DNA of 64,000 bases from Candidatus Hydrogenedentota bacterium (GTDB lineage: Bacteria > Hydrogenedentota > Hydrogenedentia > Hydrogenedentales > SLHB01): positions 32,001 through 96,000 of the forward strand of contig BTVY01000024.1 of the NCBI GenBank assembly GCA_045863335.1, given 5' to 3'. How positions within the stretch are numbered: the first letter of the stretch is position 1; each line of letters begins with the position of its first letter. The notes under the pieces are model-generated. The model was not told where the DNA came from. It made no database searches and saw only the letters and a program-made list of their open reading frames with translations. This document shows positions 10,270-19,138 of this stretch, piece after piece. The position numbers and the translations under genes were made by a program.

Positions 10270-10674
10270 TTACGGCTGGCTCCACGGAACGTCCATCTCG
10301 GACAAGCCCTGCTTCAAGTCTTCCATCTGAAACGCTCGTGCCTTTTCGCCCCGGATTATCACGGGAGGTGACTCCTCGCCGTAGTTCGCCTTAACGTAAT
10401 CCTTGACTTGAGATAGCTCCTTTACTTCGCCGTCTATCAGGTACTGCGTTTCTCTAACAACGATCTCGATGGAGGGTTTGCCTTCCGCAGCTTCGCCCTC
10501 CGAGGGCGGCCCCAATGAATCCCCACCTAAGCCGGGTCCTCCACAACCCCGAAATAGCACGATGACGGCAATAGCCGCCACAAGCAAGACAATCAAGAGA
10601 AGAACGAGCCGGACAAATCCCGCCCTCGGATCCGAAACAATCACGCGACGTGCCTTTGATTTCTCGTCTATCAC
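10270..10674 (-). CDS. Small single-TM protein with ExbD/TolR-like periplasmic domain
   Basis: Long hydrophobic helix, Gly/Pro linker, then IEIVVRETQYLIDGEVKELSQV...PVIIRGEKARA (ExbD-like beta/alpha pattern). GTGA overlap with the upstream gene. Confidence 0.6.
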   Translation of the reverse strand: MIDEKSKARRVIVSDPRAGFVRLVLLLIVLLVAAIAVIVLFRGCGGPGLGGDSLGPPSEGEAAEGKPSIEIVVRETQYLIDGEVKELSQVKDYVKANYGEESPPVIIRGEKARAFQMEDLKQGLSEMDVPWSQP

Positions 10675-11444
10675 GATTCGATTGCCCCCATCTCCACGTA
10701 GTACATGCGCGCATTCGATCCAACACCGAATTGCGTTGCCAGAGTCCGCAATGCGTCCTGCGTAATCGTCAACACTTCATCATACGCGTTGCCCCAGTAA
10801 TGAAGAACGATAACATTCGGCTTAACAACGCCACCCGTGTGTCTGTCCACAGCCTGACTCAACCTGCGCTTTGCTTCTTCAATACTCGAAGGAACAAACT
10901 TTGCGAGAACGACTGTGTCTTCAACCTTCAGACTAAGCGTGTTGTCGGTCCCCGTAGTTGCTTCCCAAAAATCACAGCGCTTGTTGAACTCGTTAATCTT
11001 GCGAAGCTCGCGTACGACGTCTTCGGCATTCGCATCCCGCAAGGATGCCAGTGTTCGCTTAACCTGGTCGATTTCTACCGGGCTTGCTCCGGACATAGCC
11101 GTTTCAACGAAATCGTCCGGAAGGTCAAACATTTCTTTAAACAAAGCTCCAAGCTCTTTAACACTTGCCTCTTGCCGCTGAACCTGCTCCTCTAAAAACT
11201 TGCTTTCATTGACCTTTGCCTGCAATTGCTCCTTTTCGGCTGTAAGTTCAGCAACTCGAACCCCCGCCTTAGTCAGTTTCTCTTCAAGGCCGGAAATATA
11301 GGTAAGCCCCTCCTCGCGAGCATTCGACTCGTCCTCAAGCTTGCCCTGAATCATGAAAGCTTGTGCAAACACCAGGAGAATGAGCAGGTCGAAGAGCGGC
11401 GTCAAATTCGGTCCGCGAGATCGATAACTTCCCCTCCGGTTCAT
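10671..11444 (-). CDS. ExbD/MotB-type TM protein with coiled coil and unknown C-terminal domain
   Basis: PNLTPLFDLLILLVFA matches the ExbD/TolR TM motif including the Asp. A heptad-rich segment follows; no OmpA domain is visible. ATGA overlap with the upstream gene. Confidence 0.7.
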   Translation of the reverse strand: MNRRGSYRSRGPNLTPLFDLLILLVFAQAFMIQGKLEDESNAREEGLTYISGLEEKLTKAGVRVAELTAEKEQLQAKVNESKFLEEQVQRQEASVKELGALFKEMFDLPDDFVETAMSGASPVEIDQVKRTLASLRDANAEDVVRELRKINEFNKRCDFWEATTGTDNTLSLKVEDTVVLAKFVPSSIEEAKRRLSQAVDRHTGGVVKPNVIVLHYWGNAYDEVLTITQDALRTLATQFGVGSNARMYYVEMGAIES

Positions 11445-12064
11445 GAAACCTCCTCTGCATTTCTTCCCAATACCTCTACACTTGCACGGTGCACAGTTTC
11501 CCCCACGAGTTTGCGAAGTTCAGAGAATGATTCAAAACCGGGAAAAGTCCAGTAGGTCACTATTGCGGCAACCAGCCAAAGAATGAGTCCCACCCACGTT
11601 GTGTTGACCGCGGTAGCGAATCCGTCTACCAACCGTTCGCCCATCTCCGCATTGTCAAAAACGTCTCCACCCAAGGCGGTACGAATTCCAACTACGGTGC
11701 CCAAGATCCCGATTATGGGGTAGGTGTCGGTCAGGCCGACAAACAATGAAACCACACTTTCATACCACGTGGAACGTAAGTAGGTTCGGCCCTCCTCCTT
11801 AATGCTGATGCGCTTCGCCAAATCCATGCGCTCCTCCTTGCGGGACTCACTGGCCAAGATACCCCGAATGTCCAATACAAAGCTCTCGACGGCCTCATAA
11901 GGGTCCGATGAATTGCGCGTTCTGCCTTCTCGAATTGGAATGACACTGTCCAAGAAGCTAGCCATACTTCTTGCGTTTTTCCGTCGCCACCAGACTAAGA
12001 ACAGCAAGATCATCACGTGAACCAGAGCAAGTCCCGCAAACACCGCATAAAAGACTGCATTCAT
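11441..12064 (-). CDS. MotA/TolQ/ExbB proton channel family protein
   Basis: Three TMs; YPIIGILGTVVGI and GFATAVNTTWVGL signature motifs. RBS GAGGAAGG before ATG 12064. Confidence 0.85.
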   Translation of the reverse strand: MNAVFYAVFAGLALVHVMILLFLVWWRRKNARSMASFLDSVIPIREGRTRNSSDPYEAVESFVLDIRGILASESRKEERMDLAKRISIKEEGRTYLRSTWYESVVSLFVGLTDTYPIIGILGTVVGIRTALGGDVFDNAEMGERLVDGFATAVNTTWVGLILWLVAAIVTYWTFPGFESFSELRKLVGETVHRASVEVLGRNAEEVS

Positions 12065-12659
12065 ATCGATACCTTCCTCTCCCATTAGAACTCGAAGTCG
12101 GGGCGCGCGTGCCTGCTTCGTTAACCCCAATCATGGTACCTCAAGGTACCTCAGCTCCTTATAATACGGGCACATCCAGAACTTCAATAACAACAGTCGG
12201 ATGACTTGTCTCGTTCTTGATGCTATCGCGCAGAACATGTCGACGTCCCAGCGCACGTATCAGCATCAATCGGCAAACTGCTCGCCGAAGAATGTGCCGA
12301 ATTCCGTCAACGCCAGTTCCATGGTTCCCTACCTGGCGCGAGACCCAATGTCTTGGGAAATTAAGGGACATGATAGGTATCTTGAGAGTACCGTATTCGG
12401 GGTGGGTATCTGATAAAGGGGCAGTCATGCGGCGAGCCTCTGGGCTTGGGTTTTGGATAGATCGAGTCGTTGTTGGATGAATTTCGCGAGGTCAGGGGCT
12501 GGAAAGGTATCGGCGAGAAAATGGGGTAGGATGTTGCGCAGGGCACAGGCGACGACGGCCTCGGAGGGGACGATGCCGGGCCGTATGGTGCGTAACCAGG
12601 AACCGAATTAGGCCCAGACGAATTGGGGGCAGTGGTGGCGAGAGCCTGCATGATGCCTG

Positions 12660-12893
12660 TCGGAAAAGGCCGCACGGAATACGTGCCCCCGGCACGCGCC
12701 AAAGAAGTGAAACGCCAGCTCGACAACGACCGCAAGTTCAAAGAGCTCACCCAGGAATGGGTGACCCTCGCCATCGAACTGTGTAAACTCAAGCAGACGC
12801 TCGAGCAGAAGAAATGGGGGCAAGAACACGGTACTCTCAAGTAGGTATAAGTCAAGAGGCAAACCGCCCGCTTTGCCTCTTGACTTATACCTA
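12660..12893 (+). pseudogene. IS-associated small-gene remnant (DUF6788-like C-terminal half) followed by a 22-bp perfect inverted repeat
   Basis: GKGRTEYVPPARAKEVKRQLDNDRKFKELTQEWVTLAIE resembles the DUF6788 C-terminus, but the N-terminal CGKxxCxC part is missing. Hairpin at 12842-12893. Confidence 0.5.
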
Positions 12894-13038
12894 TCATGGA
12901 TGTCCCTTTATTCCGATCCCTTCATTTTCGAAAATGGATTACTACCCGCGCACGATTCCTATTGCGTAATTCAGCCTGACGAAGTACTATCGAGTTTATG
13001 AACGAATGTCGCCAACCATTAGTACGAGGGTGATTCCA

Positions 13039-13314
13039 ATGGCAACAAAATCTTCAGGTTCGGAGCGTGGTCCCAAATCTGGAAACGACGAAGATGATGA
13101 TAGGGATCGTTACGATTTTCGCGGCGTCGAGCTTACCGAAGACCAAAAAGAGGAGATTGAAGAGATGCGCGATCTTGGGGACTACGACGGAGCGAACGAA
13201 ACGGAAAACTTCTATAAGGGTTGGAATGCCGCAAGCGACGACGATTACGGTGCGGAACAATTTTCAAACAGTCCAATAGCCGCAGAAGAACAGGGCAACA
13301 CCATTGGAGCTTGA
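13039..13314 (+). CDS. Small, highly acidic hypothetical protein
   Basis: GAGGGTG before ATG 13039; D/E-rich (NDEDDDRD, EDQKEEIEEMRD, SDDDY); abuts the NERD gene. Confidence 0.55.
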   Translation: MATKSSGSERGPKSGNDEDDDRDRYDFRGVELTEDQKEEIEEMRDLGDYDGANETENFYKGWNAASDDDYGAEQFSNSPIAAEEQGNTIGA

Positions 13315-13327
13315 GGACTCAACTAAG

Positions 13328-14308
13328 ATGACTGACGCCAAGCATAAGTGGCAGGACTGGCGAGCACTGGCCAAGGTCGTGCCGGAACCTGAAGATCCAG
13401 AAGTAATCGGAGGTAGAAACGCTGAATTGTTTTTGCAGCGAATGGTCAAGAACAACTTACGGTTCAAGTCAGCCTATTTTTTCCATTCAAAGCGAGTTCC
13501 TTCTCCTGCAGAAAGACGGCGCTACGAAATCGATTTAATAGTACTTACTAAGAAGCAGATTCACATCATTGAGGTAAAGAACTTATCTGGAGCGATAACA
13601 GCCAACGCTGACAAGTGGATTCAAACTAAACGCAACGGAATGCAAGTATTGATGGAGAGCCCCATCGTCCGCAATGATCGAAAGATGAGGGTTCTAGAGA
13701 CCCACCTACAGAAGTGCGGAGTAGACTTGGATTCCTCGTATTTCTCGCAGCGGGTTGTATTAATGAATCCCAATGTCAATCTTTGCCGTGTAGTTGCCCA
13801 TAGTCCCCGTGTCATCCAAAGGCACCAACTAGATAAGTATCTGAAACGGAGCGGAGGTATTGGATTTGGCGAGCAGCTGATTCATTCTGTCATCGAATAC
13901 TGCCTCGATACCGAAGCAAGTGATGCGGTTTTAGATGGGATGTTTCAGTCGATGACTTCATCTATGCAGAGTCGCATTAGACACTCGCTAGGTTGTCTGG
14001 AAACGTTTGACAAGGTGCTCCTGTATGGCGGGAAAGTGCTTCCAGGTGACATACTTGATTTTCGGTTAAGTCGTGGTCCGATTAGTCTTGCGGAAATTCA
14101 ATCCGGTGAGGTGCTTTCACTCAGGTGGAGTAGGAACCGACTCCTTGGAATTGCAAACGTTGTGCTCGATCGTCCGCTAGGCATCCTCAAGCGGGGCAAG
14201 ACTAGCCAAGTAGTTGCACCCGGCGATTCCGTGTACTTTCATAAGGTGGGGGAAAAGAGCCCGATGCACATCGATCTAGCGAGAGTGGATGCTTTGATCA
14301 AAGGTTAG
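13328..14308 (+). CDS. NERD (PD-(D/E)xK) nuclease domain protein with unknown C-terminal domain
   Basis: GGRNAE...YEIDLIVLTKKQIHIIEVKNLSG...SPI NERD pattern. Alternative TTG start at 13304. Confidence 0.85.
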   Translation: MTDAKHKWQDWRALAKVVPEPEDPEVIGGRNAELFLQRMVKNNLRFKSAYFFHSKRVPSPAERRRYEIDLIVLTKKQIHIIEVKNLSGAITANADKWIQTKRNGMQVLMESPIVRNDRKMRVLETHLQKCGVDLDSSYFSQRVVLMNPNVNLCRVVAHSPRVIQRHQLDKYLKRSGGIGFGEQLIHSVIEYCLDTEASDAVLDGMFQSMTSSMQSRIRHSLGCLETFDKVLLYGGKVLPGDILDFRLSRGPISLAEIQSGEVLSLRWSRNRLLGIANVVLDRPLGILKRGKTSQVVAPGDSVYFHKVGEKSPMHIDLARVDALIKG

Positions 14309-14396
14309 GTGCGCTCAGTCGATCAAGTGATTACATTCCACCGGAATCCTATTCTTCTCCCAACAAGCTACACGCACTTGCGACGGAATCAGGCGA

Positions 14397-15182
14397 TCAC
14401 AATTCTTCCGCGGCGGGTTCTTCCGTTCGTTCCGCGCGTTCTTCGCTGGTTTCTTGTTCTTGTTCGACGGCGCCTCGGCGTTGGAGCAGGAGGGTAAGGG
14501 TCCAGCAGAGGATGGCCCAGGCGAAGCCGCCGGACCAGCCGGCGAGCACGTCGGTCGGCCAGTGGACGCCGAGGTAGACGCGGCTCACGCCGACGGCGAC
14601 GGTCAGCGCGATGGCAACGGCGATGAAGTACATTTTGAGGCCTTTGCCGGGGACGAGCCGGCTGAGCAGGGCGCCGAGGGTGAGGTAGGTTACGGCGGAC
14701 ATCATGGAATGGCCGCTGGGGAAACTCGAGGTGTAGACGTAGCTGCCGTGGGGCACGAGATCGGGCCGTGGCCGTTCGAAGATCTCTTTCAACCCCATGC
14801 TAATCGCGAGGCCCCCCAAGACCGCGACGAGCACCAGGATCGCGGCGTTGCGTTTGCGGGCGATTGCCAACGCGCCGATCACCACGGCGGTCAATACCAT
14901 CTGCAATCCGACGCCGCCGAGGGCCGTGAAATCCCGGCCCATCTCTTCGACCCAGTGCGGTCCGATTGGGTCCGCCGGATCCTGGGGGTTACGCATCATC
15001 AGGACCAGCGCGCGGTCGATGTCCTGGGTGCTTCCCTCGAGGACCTCGTCCGACAATTCCGCAAAGGCCCAGATGCCCGCGGCCACCATCCCGCAGAGAA
15101 GTAGTAGGAAGAATTCTTTGCGCACCAGCCAGATACCGGATTGGATGGGCCGGGCCAGTGCCGCTCGTTTGTAGTTGGGCAT
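14397..15182 (-). CDS. PAP2-family membrane phosphatase
   Basis: KEIFERPRP, SFPSGHS, SRVYLGVHWPTDV motifs; multiple TMs. Confidence 0.93.
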   Translation of the reverse strand: MPNYKRAALARPIQSGIWLVRKEFFLLLLCGMVAAGIWAFAELSDEVLEGSTQDIDRALVLMMRNPQDPADPIGPHWVEEMGRDFTALGGVGLQMVLTAVVIGALAIARKRNAAILVLVAVLGGLAISMGLKEIFERPRPDLVPHGSYVYTSSFPSGHSMMSAVTYLTLGALLSRLVPGKGLKMYFIAVAIALTVAVGVSRVYLGVHWPTDVLAGWSGGFAWAILCWTLTLLLQRRGAVEQEQETSEERAERTEEPAAEEL

Positions 15183-15502
15183 GGGTATCTTTCCGCTTTG
15201 GCGCCGGATTCAACATTCTCGGGCGCATCGGCCGACGCGCCCTAGGAACCAGATTACTAGGATTGAACAAGAGACACCAGCGACCGCAGGGATATCAGGA
15301 ACAGAACCGCACCTATTAAAAGGACAAGCCGAAGGGGACGCCGAACGGGGTCCGGGGCGGCCAGGTGGATTGGAGATCCCAGTAGTCGCGGCGGTCCCTG
15401 AACCACTCAAGATCGAAATCGTGAGTATCTGGCGCAATTCTCGATGGAGAGGGACCAATTCTTCCGCCCTTCTAGGGCTTGATCGCGAGGAGGAGGCCTT
15501 TG

Positions 15503-15570
15503 GACCCAGGGTTCCGCTCGTGCCTCGCTCCACCCCGGGCTACATTCGAGTCGCCCCATCCGGGGCTGGC
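15503..15570. repeat. Dispersed palindromic repeat, copy 1 (copy 2 at 26173-26240)
   Basis: 68 bp with a single mismatch to 26173-26240: GACCC(A/G)GGGTTCCGCTCGTGCCTCGCTCCACCCCGGGCTACATTCGAGTCGCCCCATCCGGGGCTGGC. Confidence 0.9.
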
Positions 15571-15731
15571 TTGGGAACCTATCCTCGCGAAAATGAATGG
15601 GGACGGCAACCATTTATTGCAGCATGGAGGAGACCTTCCTCGGCTGCCGCCGTAGACGTTGGTGCTATAATCCCTTGAGCGGCATATCTTCGTTGGAGTA
15701 GGTTTTGTCGCAAGGACACGGGAGTGGTCAG

Positions 15732-15959
15732 ATGAACGGCGCAATTCGAAGCAAAGTGATCGAGCGATTGGACACGCTTCCAGAAGACCTGCAGCGGAAG
15801 GTCTTGGCATATGTACAGACGTTGCAATCCGAAGAGCGCCGGGGTGTTTCCGGGGATCTATTGCTCATGTTTGCCGGGACGATTCCGCAAGACGATTTGC
15901 TCCTGATGAAGCAAGCGATCGAGGACGGGTGCGAACAGGTCGACGAGAATGAATGGTAA
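15732..15959 (+). CDS. Putative VapB-type antitoxin (DUF2281-like)
   Basis: 75 aa, VIERLDTLPEDLQRKVLAYV...GDLLLMFAGTI...AIEDGCEQVDENEW. Overlaps a vapC start; TG-C-TATAAT at 15663-15671 upstream. Confidence 0.7.
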   Translation: MNGAIRSKVIERLDTLPEDLQRKVLAYVQTLQSEERRGVSGDLLLMFAGTIPQDDLLLMKQAIEDGCEQVDENEW

Positions 15960-16023
15960 CTACCTGCTGGACACCAATATCGTTATCGCGCGGAAGATGC
16001 GCAGCGGGCGTGAGGGTGAATAA
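15949..16023 (+). pseudogene. Truncated VapC/PIN toxin
   Basis: MNGNYLLDTNIVIA (PIN N-terminal LLDTN motif), then unrelated sequence and a stop after 24 codons. Confidence 0.8.
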
Positions 16024-16174
16024 AGGGGTCGGTCCTGACTCCGGTTCGTAGCGGAGTCGGCGGAGGCTACCGTTGATGCGGTGCCCTTCGTGACACCGCG
16101 TTCCGCTCCGCACTACCACGGGAAATTTGGCCCCTCGTCGCCTTGATCGACGGCCATCGCGACGTTATCGCTAG

Positions 16175-17056
16175 TTACGGAGATAAGGTCTGCGACAACA
16201 ACCAGTCGATGATGTCGGCGCGCCGGTAGACGCGGTCCCAGATCTCGTGGGTCGACCCGGGAAGTTCCGTGGTGATGATATTGGCGCCCGCGTCGGCGAG
16301 ATCCTCCGTGAACTGCCGCCAGTCCTCGGTGTTGGAAAGCTCATCATTCGCGTTGGCGAAGGTCCAGATGGGGACGGTCAGGAGTTTCGGGATGTCCACG
16401 TCGCGGCCCGCGCCGGCGATGGGCAGGATTGCGGAAAGTTCCCCCTCGTGTTCGGCCGCGTAGCGCCAGGTCCCCGAAGCGCCGTAAGAAATGCCGGTCA
16501 TGGAGATTCGGTTCGGATCGACGTTGTAGCGCGCGGTCACGTCGGCCAACACGGCCGCGTAGATGGCGTCGATCTCCTCATAGGTGGCGTTCCACGGCAA
16601 TTGGGGCATGGCGACCAGGCAGGGGAACTGCTCAGGCCGGTCGCGCAAGTTCGGCGCGATGCCTACCGTCAGGTGCGCGAACCCATCGTCTCCGGACTCG
16701 ACTATGCCGTGCCAGAAGAGCACCAGTGGCCACGCCTGTTCCGGCGTATATTCGTCGGTGACGTAGAGTTCGTAGCACCGCTCCCCCTCGCCCAGCGCTG
16801 CCGAATAATGATACATCCGCGGCTCGAACTCGCCCTCGACGCACTCGTGGGGTTCGCAACCTCGTACGGCCGGCAGGGCGAGCGCGAGCAGCCCGTACAG
16901 GAACTGACTCAAGGCCGGGTGCCGGCGCAGTATCGATTGGAGGTCAGTCCCGGGCGCCTCCTCCCCCTTCGGCTCAACGTCCACAAATTCCTGGATTGGG
17001 TCCATTTGCGAAACCCCTGCCTTCGCCAGCCTCATGCGTTGATCGGCGGTATTCAC
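16175..17056 (-). CDS. Alpha/beta-hydrolase (predicted peptidase/esterase), possibly membrane-anchored
   Basis: PLVLFWHG, VDPNRISMTGISYG nucleophile elbow, D (NANDE) and H (HEIW) triad candidates. Start uncertain. Confidence 0.8.
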   Translation of the reverse strand: MNTADQRMRLAKAGVSQMDPIQEFVDVEPKGEEAPGTDLQSILRRHPALSQFLYGLLALALPAVRGCEPHECVEGEFEPRMYHYSAALGEGERCYELYVTDEYTPEQAWPLVLFWHGIVESGDDGFAHLTVGIAPNLRDRPEQFPCLVAMPQLPWNATYEEIDAIYAAVLADVTARYNVDPNRISMTGISYGASGTWRYAAEHEGELSAILPIAGAGRDVDIPKLLTVPIWTFANANDELSNTEDWRQFTEDLADAGANIITTELPGSTHEIWDRVYRRADIIDWLLSQTLSP

Positions 17057-17217
17057 CTGAGTTGATGGTTTAAGAAAGAAAAGTGCAGCCTTCTTGCTTA
17101 GGATAGCGCATCTTTCTCATTTTTGAAAGGGAGTTGACGTACCGGGCAAGTCTGTCGGCTGCTGAATACGGATTGACATATTGAGGGGTGCATTTGTGGT
17201 ATGCCTTGCCACGAGTC

Positions 17218-17373
17218 AACATCCCCCTTGATCCCCCTTTAAGGGAATTGGGATCAACTGCGTTATCGGTAAACGCACCGTATGTCACCTCATACTCGGT
17301 CTCGTGTTAGCCCACAACACAACGCGAAGCGTTGTGCGCGTTTCCCCCTTTGAAGGGGGTGCAGGGGGATGTT
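17218..17373. repeat. REP-like inverted pair
   Basis: AACATCCCCCTTGATCCCCCTTTAAGGG ... CCCCCTTTGAAGGGGGTGCAGGGGGATGTT. Confidence 0.7.
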
Positions 17374-17474
17374 CTTCAGGAGAGTTCAGCGGGGAGCTGA
17401 AACTGTATCCCGAATTGTGGGGCGTTGTACCAAGAACATGGTCCGAGGTCTTTATGTAGCAATAGCCGCGGTAT

Positions 17475-17553
17475 ATCGGGATCGGTATCGAGGTCGGGGT
17501 GGGAAGCGCGATGTGCTTTCGATACCGATACCGATACCGATAGCGATACCGAC
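17475..17553. repeat. Inverted hexamer (ATCGGN / CGATAC) simple-sequence arms
   Basis: ATCGGG ATCGGT ATCGAG GTCGGG faces about five CGATA(C/G) units. The same hexamer class occurs at 59314-59351. Confidence 0.75.
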
Positions 17554-17719
17554 AATGGAGGGTGGCGCTGCCGCACGTGAACGTTCACTCTCGTTTCGCC
17601 ACGCTTGTGGCGTGGTTTGTCGCTCCGGATGATCGGGCGTCCGCAACCGAGGTATACTTCTTTGATCGTCCCGTCAGTCGCTCGGGGCGTGAAATGCGAC
17701 GATTGAGCTTGGGGGTGAT

Positions 17720-18814
17720 ATGGCAACGATTTTCGGTTTCGACAAGCTGGTCAAACCGGACTGGGAAGCGCTGGCGCGCTGCATCGCGCGGGAAGGCACG
17801 CCGGACCGGGTGCACAACATCGAGTTGTTCCTGGACGCGGAAGTGCAGGAAGCAGTCTGCGAGCGCTTCGGTTTGGCGCGGGATTTGGACTCTAGCGACC
17901 CTTACTTCCCCCAGAAACGCCAAATCGCGATTCAGCGATTTCTGGGGTACGACTACGTCCGGATGGGCGTCGAAGATCACGTCATGCCCCTCCGCTACGA
18001 CAAAGCCGAAGATACGGCCGGATTGCGCCGCGAGACGGGCCGGGACTACGTCAACGAGCACCAGGGGCCAATCACCAATTGGGATGAATTCGAACAATAC
18101 CCTTGGCCGGACCCGCATAACGCCTCGACCCGGTCGCTGGAATGGTACGAGAAGAATCTGCCGGACGACATGTGCGTCGTGGGCAGCGGCGGGTTCGCCC
18201 ACTTCGCCGAGTACCTGACGTGGCTTATGGGATACGAGACCCTGTGCATCGCCCTGTACGAACAACGCGACCTGGTGGCGGCCATCGCGCAACGGCTCGT
18301 GGACATGTACGACGTCCTCATCGACCGGATCCTGGAGTTCGACCGCGTCAAGATCATCTGGGGCAGCGACGACATGGGATTTCGGACGGGACTGCTGATC
18401 AGCCCGGACGACCTGCGGGAGTTCGTCCTCCCCGGGCACAAGCTCATGGCCGACCGCTCCCACGCGGCGGGGCGGCCCTACCTGTTGCACTGCTGCGGCA
18501 AGGTCGACCTCATCATGGAGGATTTTATCGAGGGGATCGGCATCGACGCCAAGCACTCCTTCGAGGACACCATCGAGAGCGTGATCGATGCGAAACGGCT
18601 TTATGGCGACCGCATCGCCTTGTTGGGGGGCATCGACATCGACTTTCTCTGCCGGGCCACGGAGACAGAGATTCGGGAGCGGGTCCGGTCCACGCTGGAG
18701 CAGTGTATGCCGGGCGGCGGATACTGCCTGGGCACCGGAAACAGCGTGGCCAACTACATCCCGCTCGACAACTACTTGATAATGCTGGACGAAGGCCGCC
18801 GGTTCGCGACCTGA
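17720..18814 (+). CDS. Uroporphyrinogen decarboxylase family protein (URO-D-like TIM barrel)
   Basis: LMGYETLCIALYE, DDMGFRTGLLISP, LLHCCG, GDRIALLGGIDID, GGGYCLGTGNS. Confidence 0.88.
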   Translation: MATIFGFDKLVKPDWEALARCIAREGTPDRVHNIELFLDAEVQEAVCERFGLARDLDSSDPYFPQKRQIAIQRFLGYDYVRMGVEDHVMPLRYDKAEDTAGLRRETGRDYVNEHQGPITNWDEFEQYPWPDPHNASTRSLEWYEKNLPDDMCVVGSGGFAHFAEYLTWLMGYETLCIALYEQRDLVAAIAQRLVDMYDVLIDRILEFDRVKIIWGSDDMGFRTGLLISPDDLREFVLPGHKLMADRSHAAGRPYLLHCCGKVDLIMEDFIEGIGIDAKHSFEDTIESVIDAKRLYGDRIALLGGIDIDFLCRATETEIRERVRSTLEQCMPGGGYCLGTGNSVANYIPLDNYLIMLDEGRRFAT

Positions 18815-19138
18815 TGTCTGCATAGTAACGTGACGCGGCGCCGAGAGGGTCCCGAACCGAACGTACTTGGGAATATAGGGTTACCCCCCGATGTTGCAAC
18901 CTCAGAACGGGACTGGATTTGGCGTCGCTATTCCGAGACGGTTGGGGACCTCCTTTTTTCGAGGGTAGCGCATCCCGCCCTGGGGTCATTGGGTTATAAA
19001 TTCCGGGATTTCGCCGCCGCCCCTTGGGAACTTTCGTGATGCTCCGAAACATTGGGCGGCTTCCGTGTTGTTATTGGATAGAGAACGAAATTTGTCGCCT
19101 CCGCGCGGCATGGGTAACGCATACGAAGAGGTGCAGTA

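Noticed and set aside
10270-12064. Zorya ZorAB or flagellar MotAB
   Set aside because: The A subunit lacks the long ZorA tail, the B subunit lacks an OmpA/peptidoglycan-binding domain, and there is no zorC/D/E.
9760-14400. Integron cassette array or prophage
   Set aside because: No integrase, paired attC boxes, phage genes or flanking direct repeats are visible; the region is only called an accessory island.
17369-17646. Short ORFs with IPIPIP / RYRYR repeats
   Set aside because: These are translations of a non-coding hexamer repeat.
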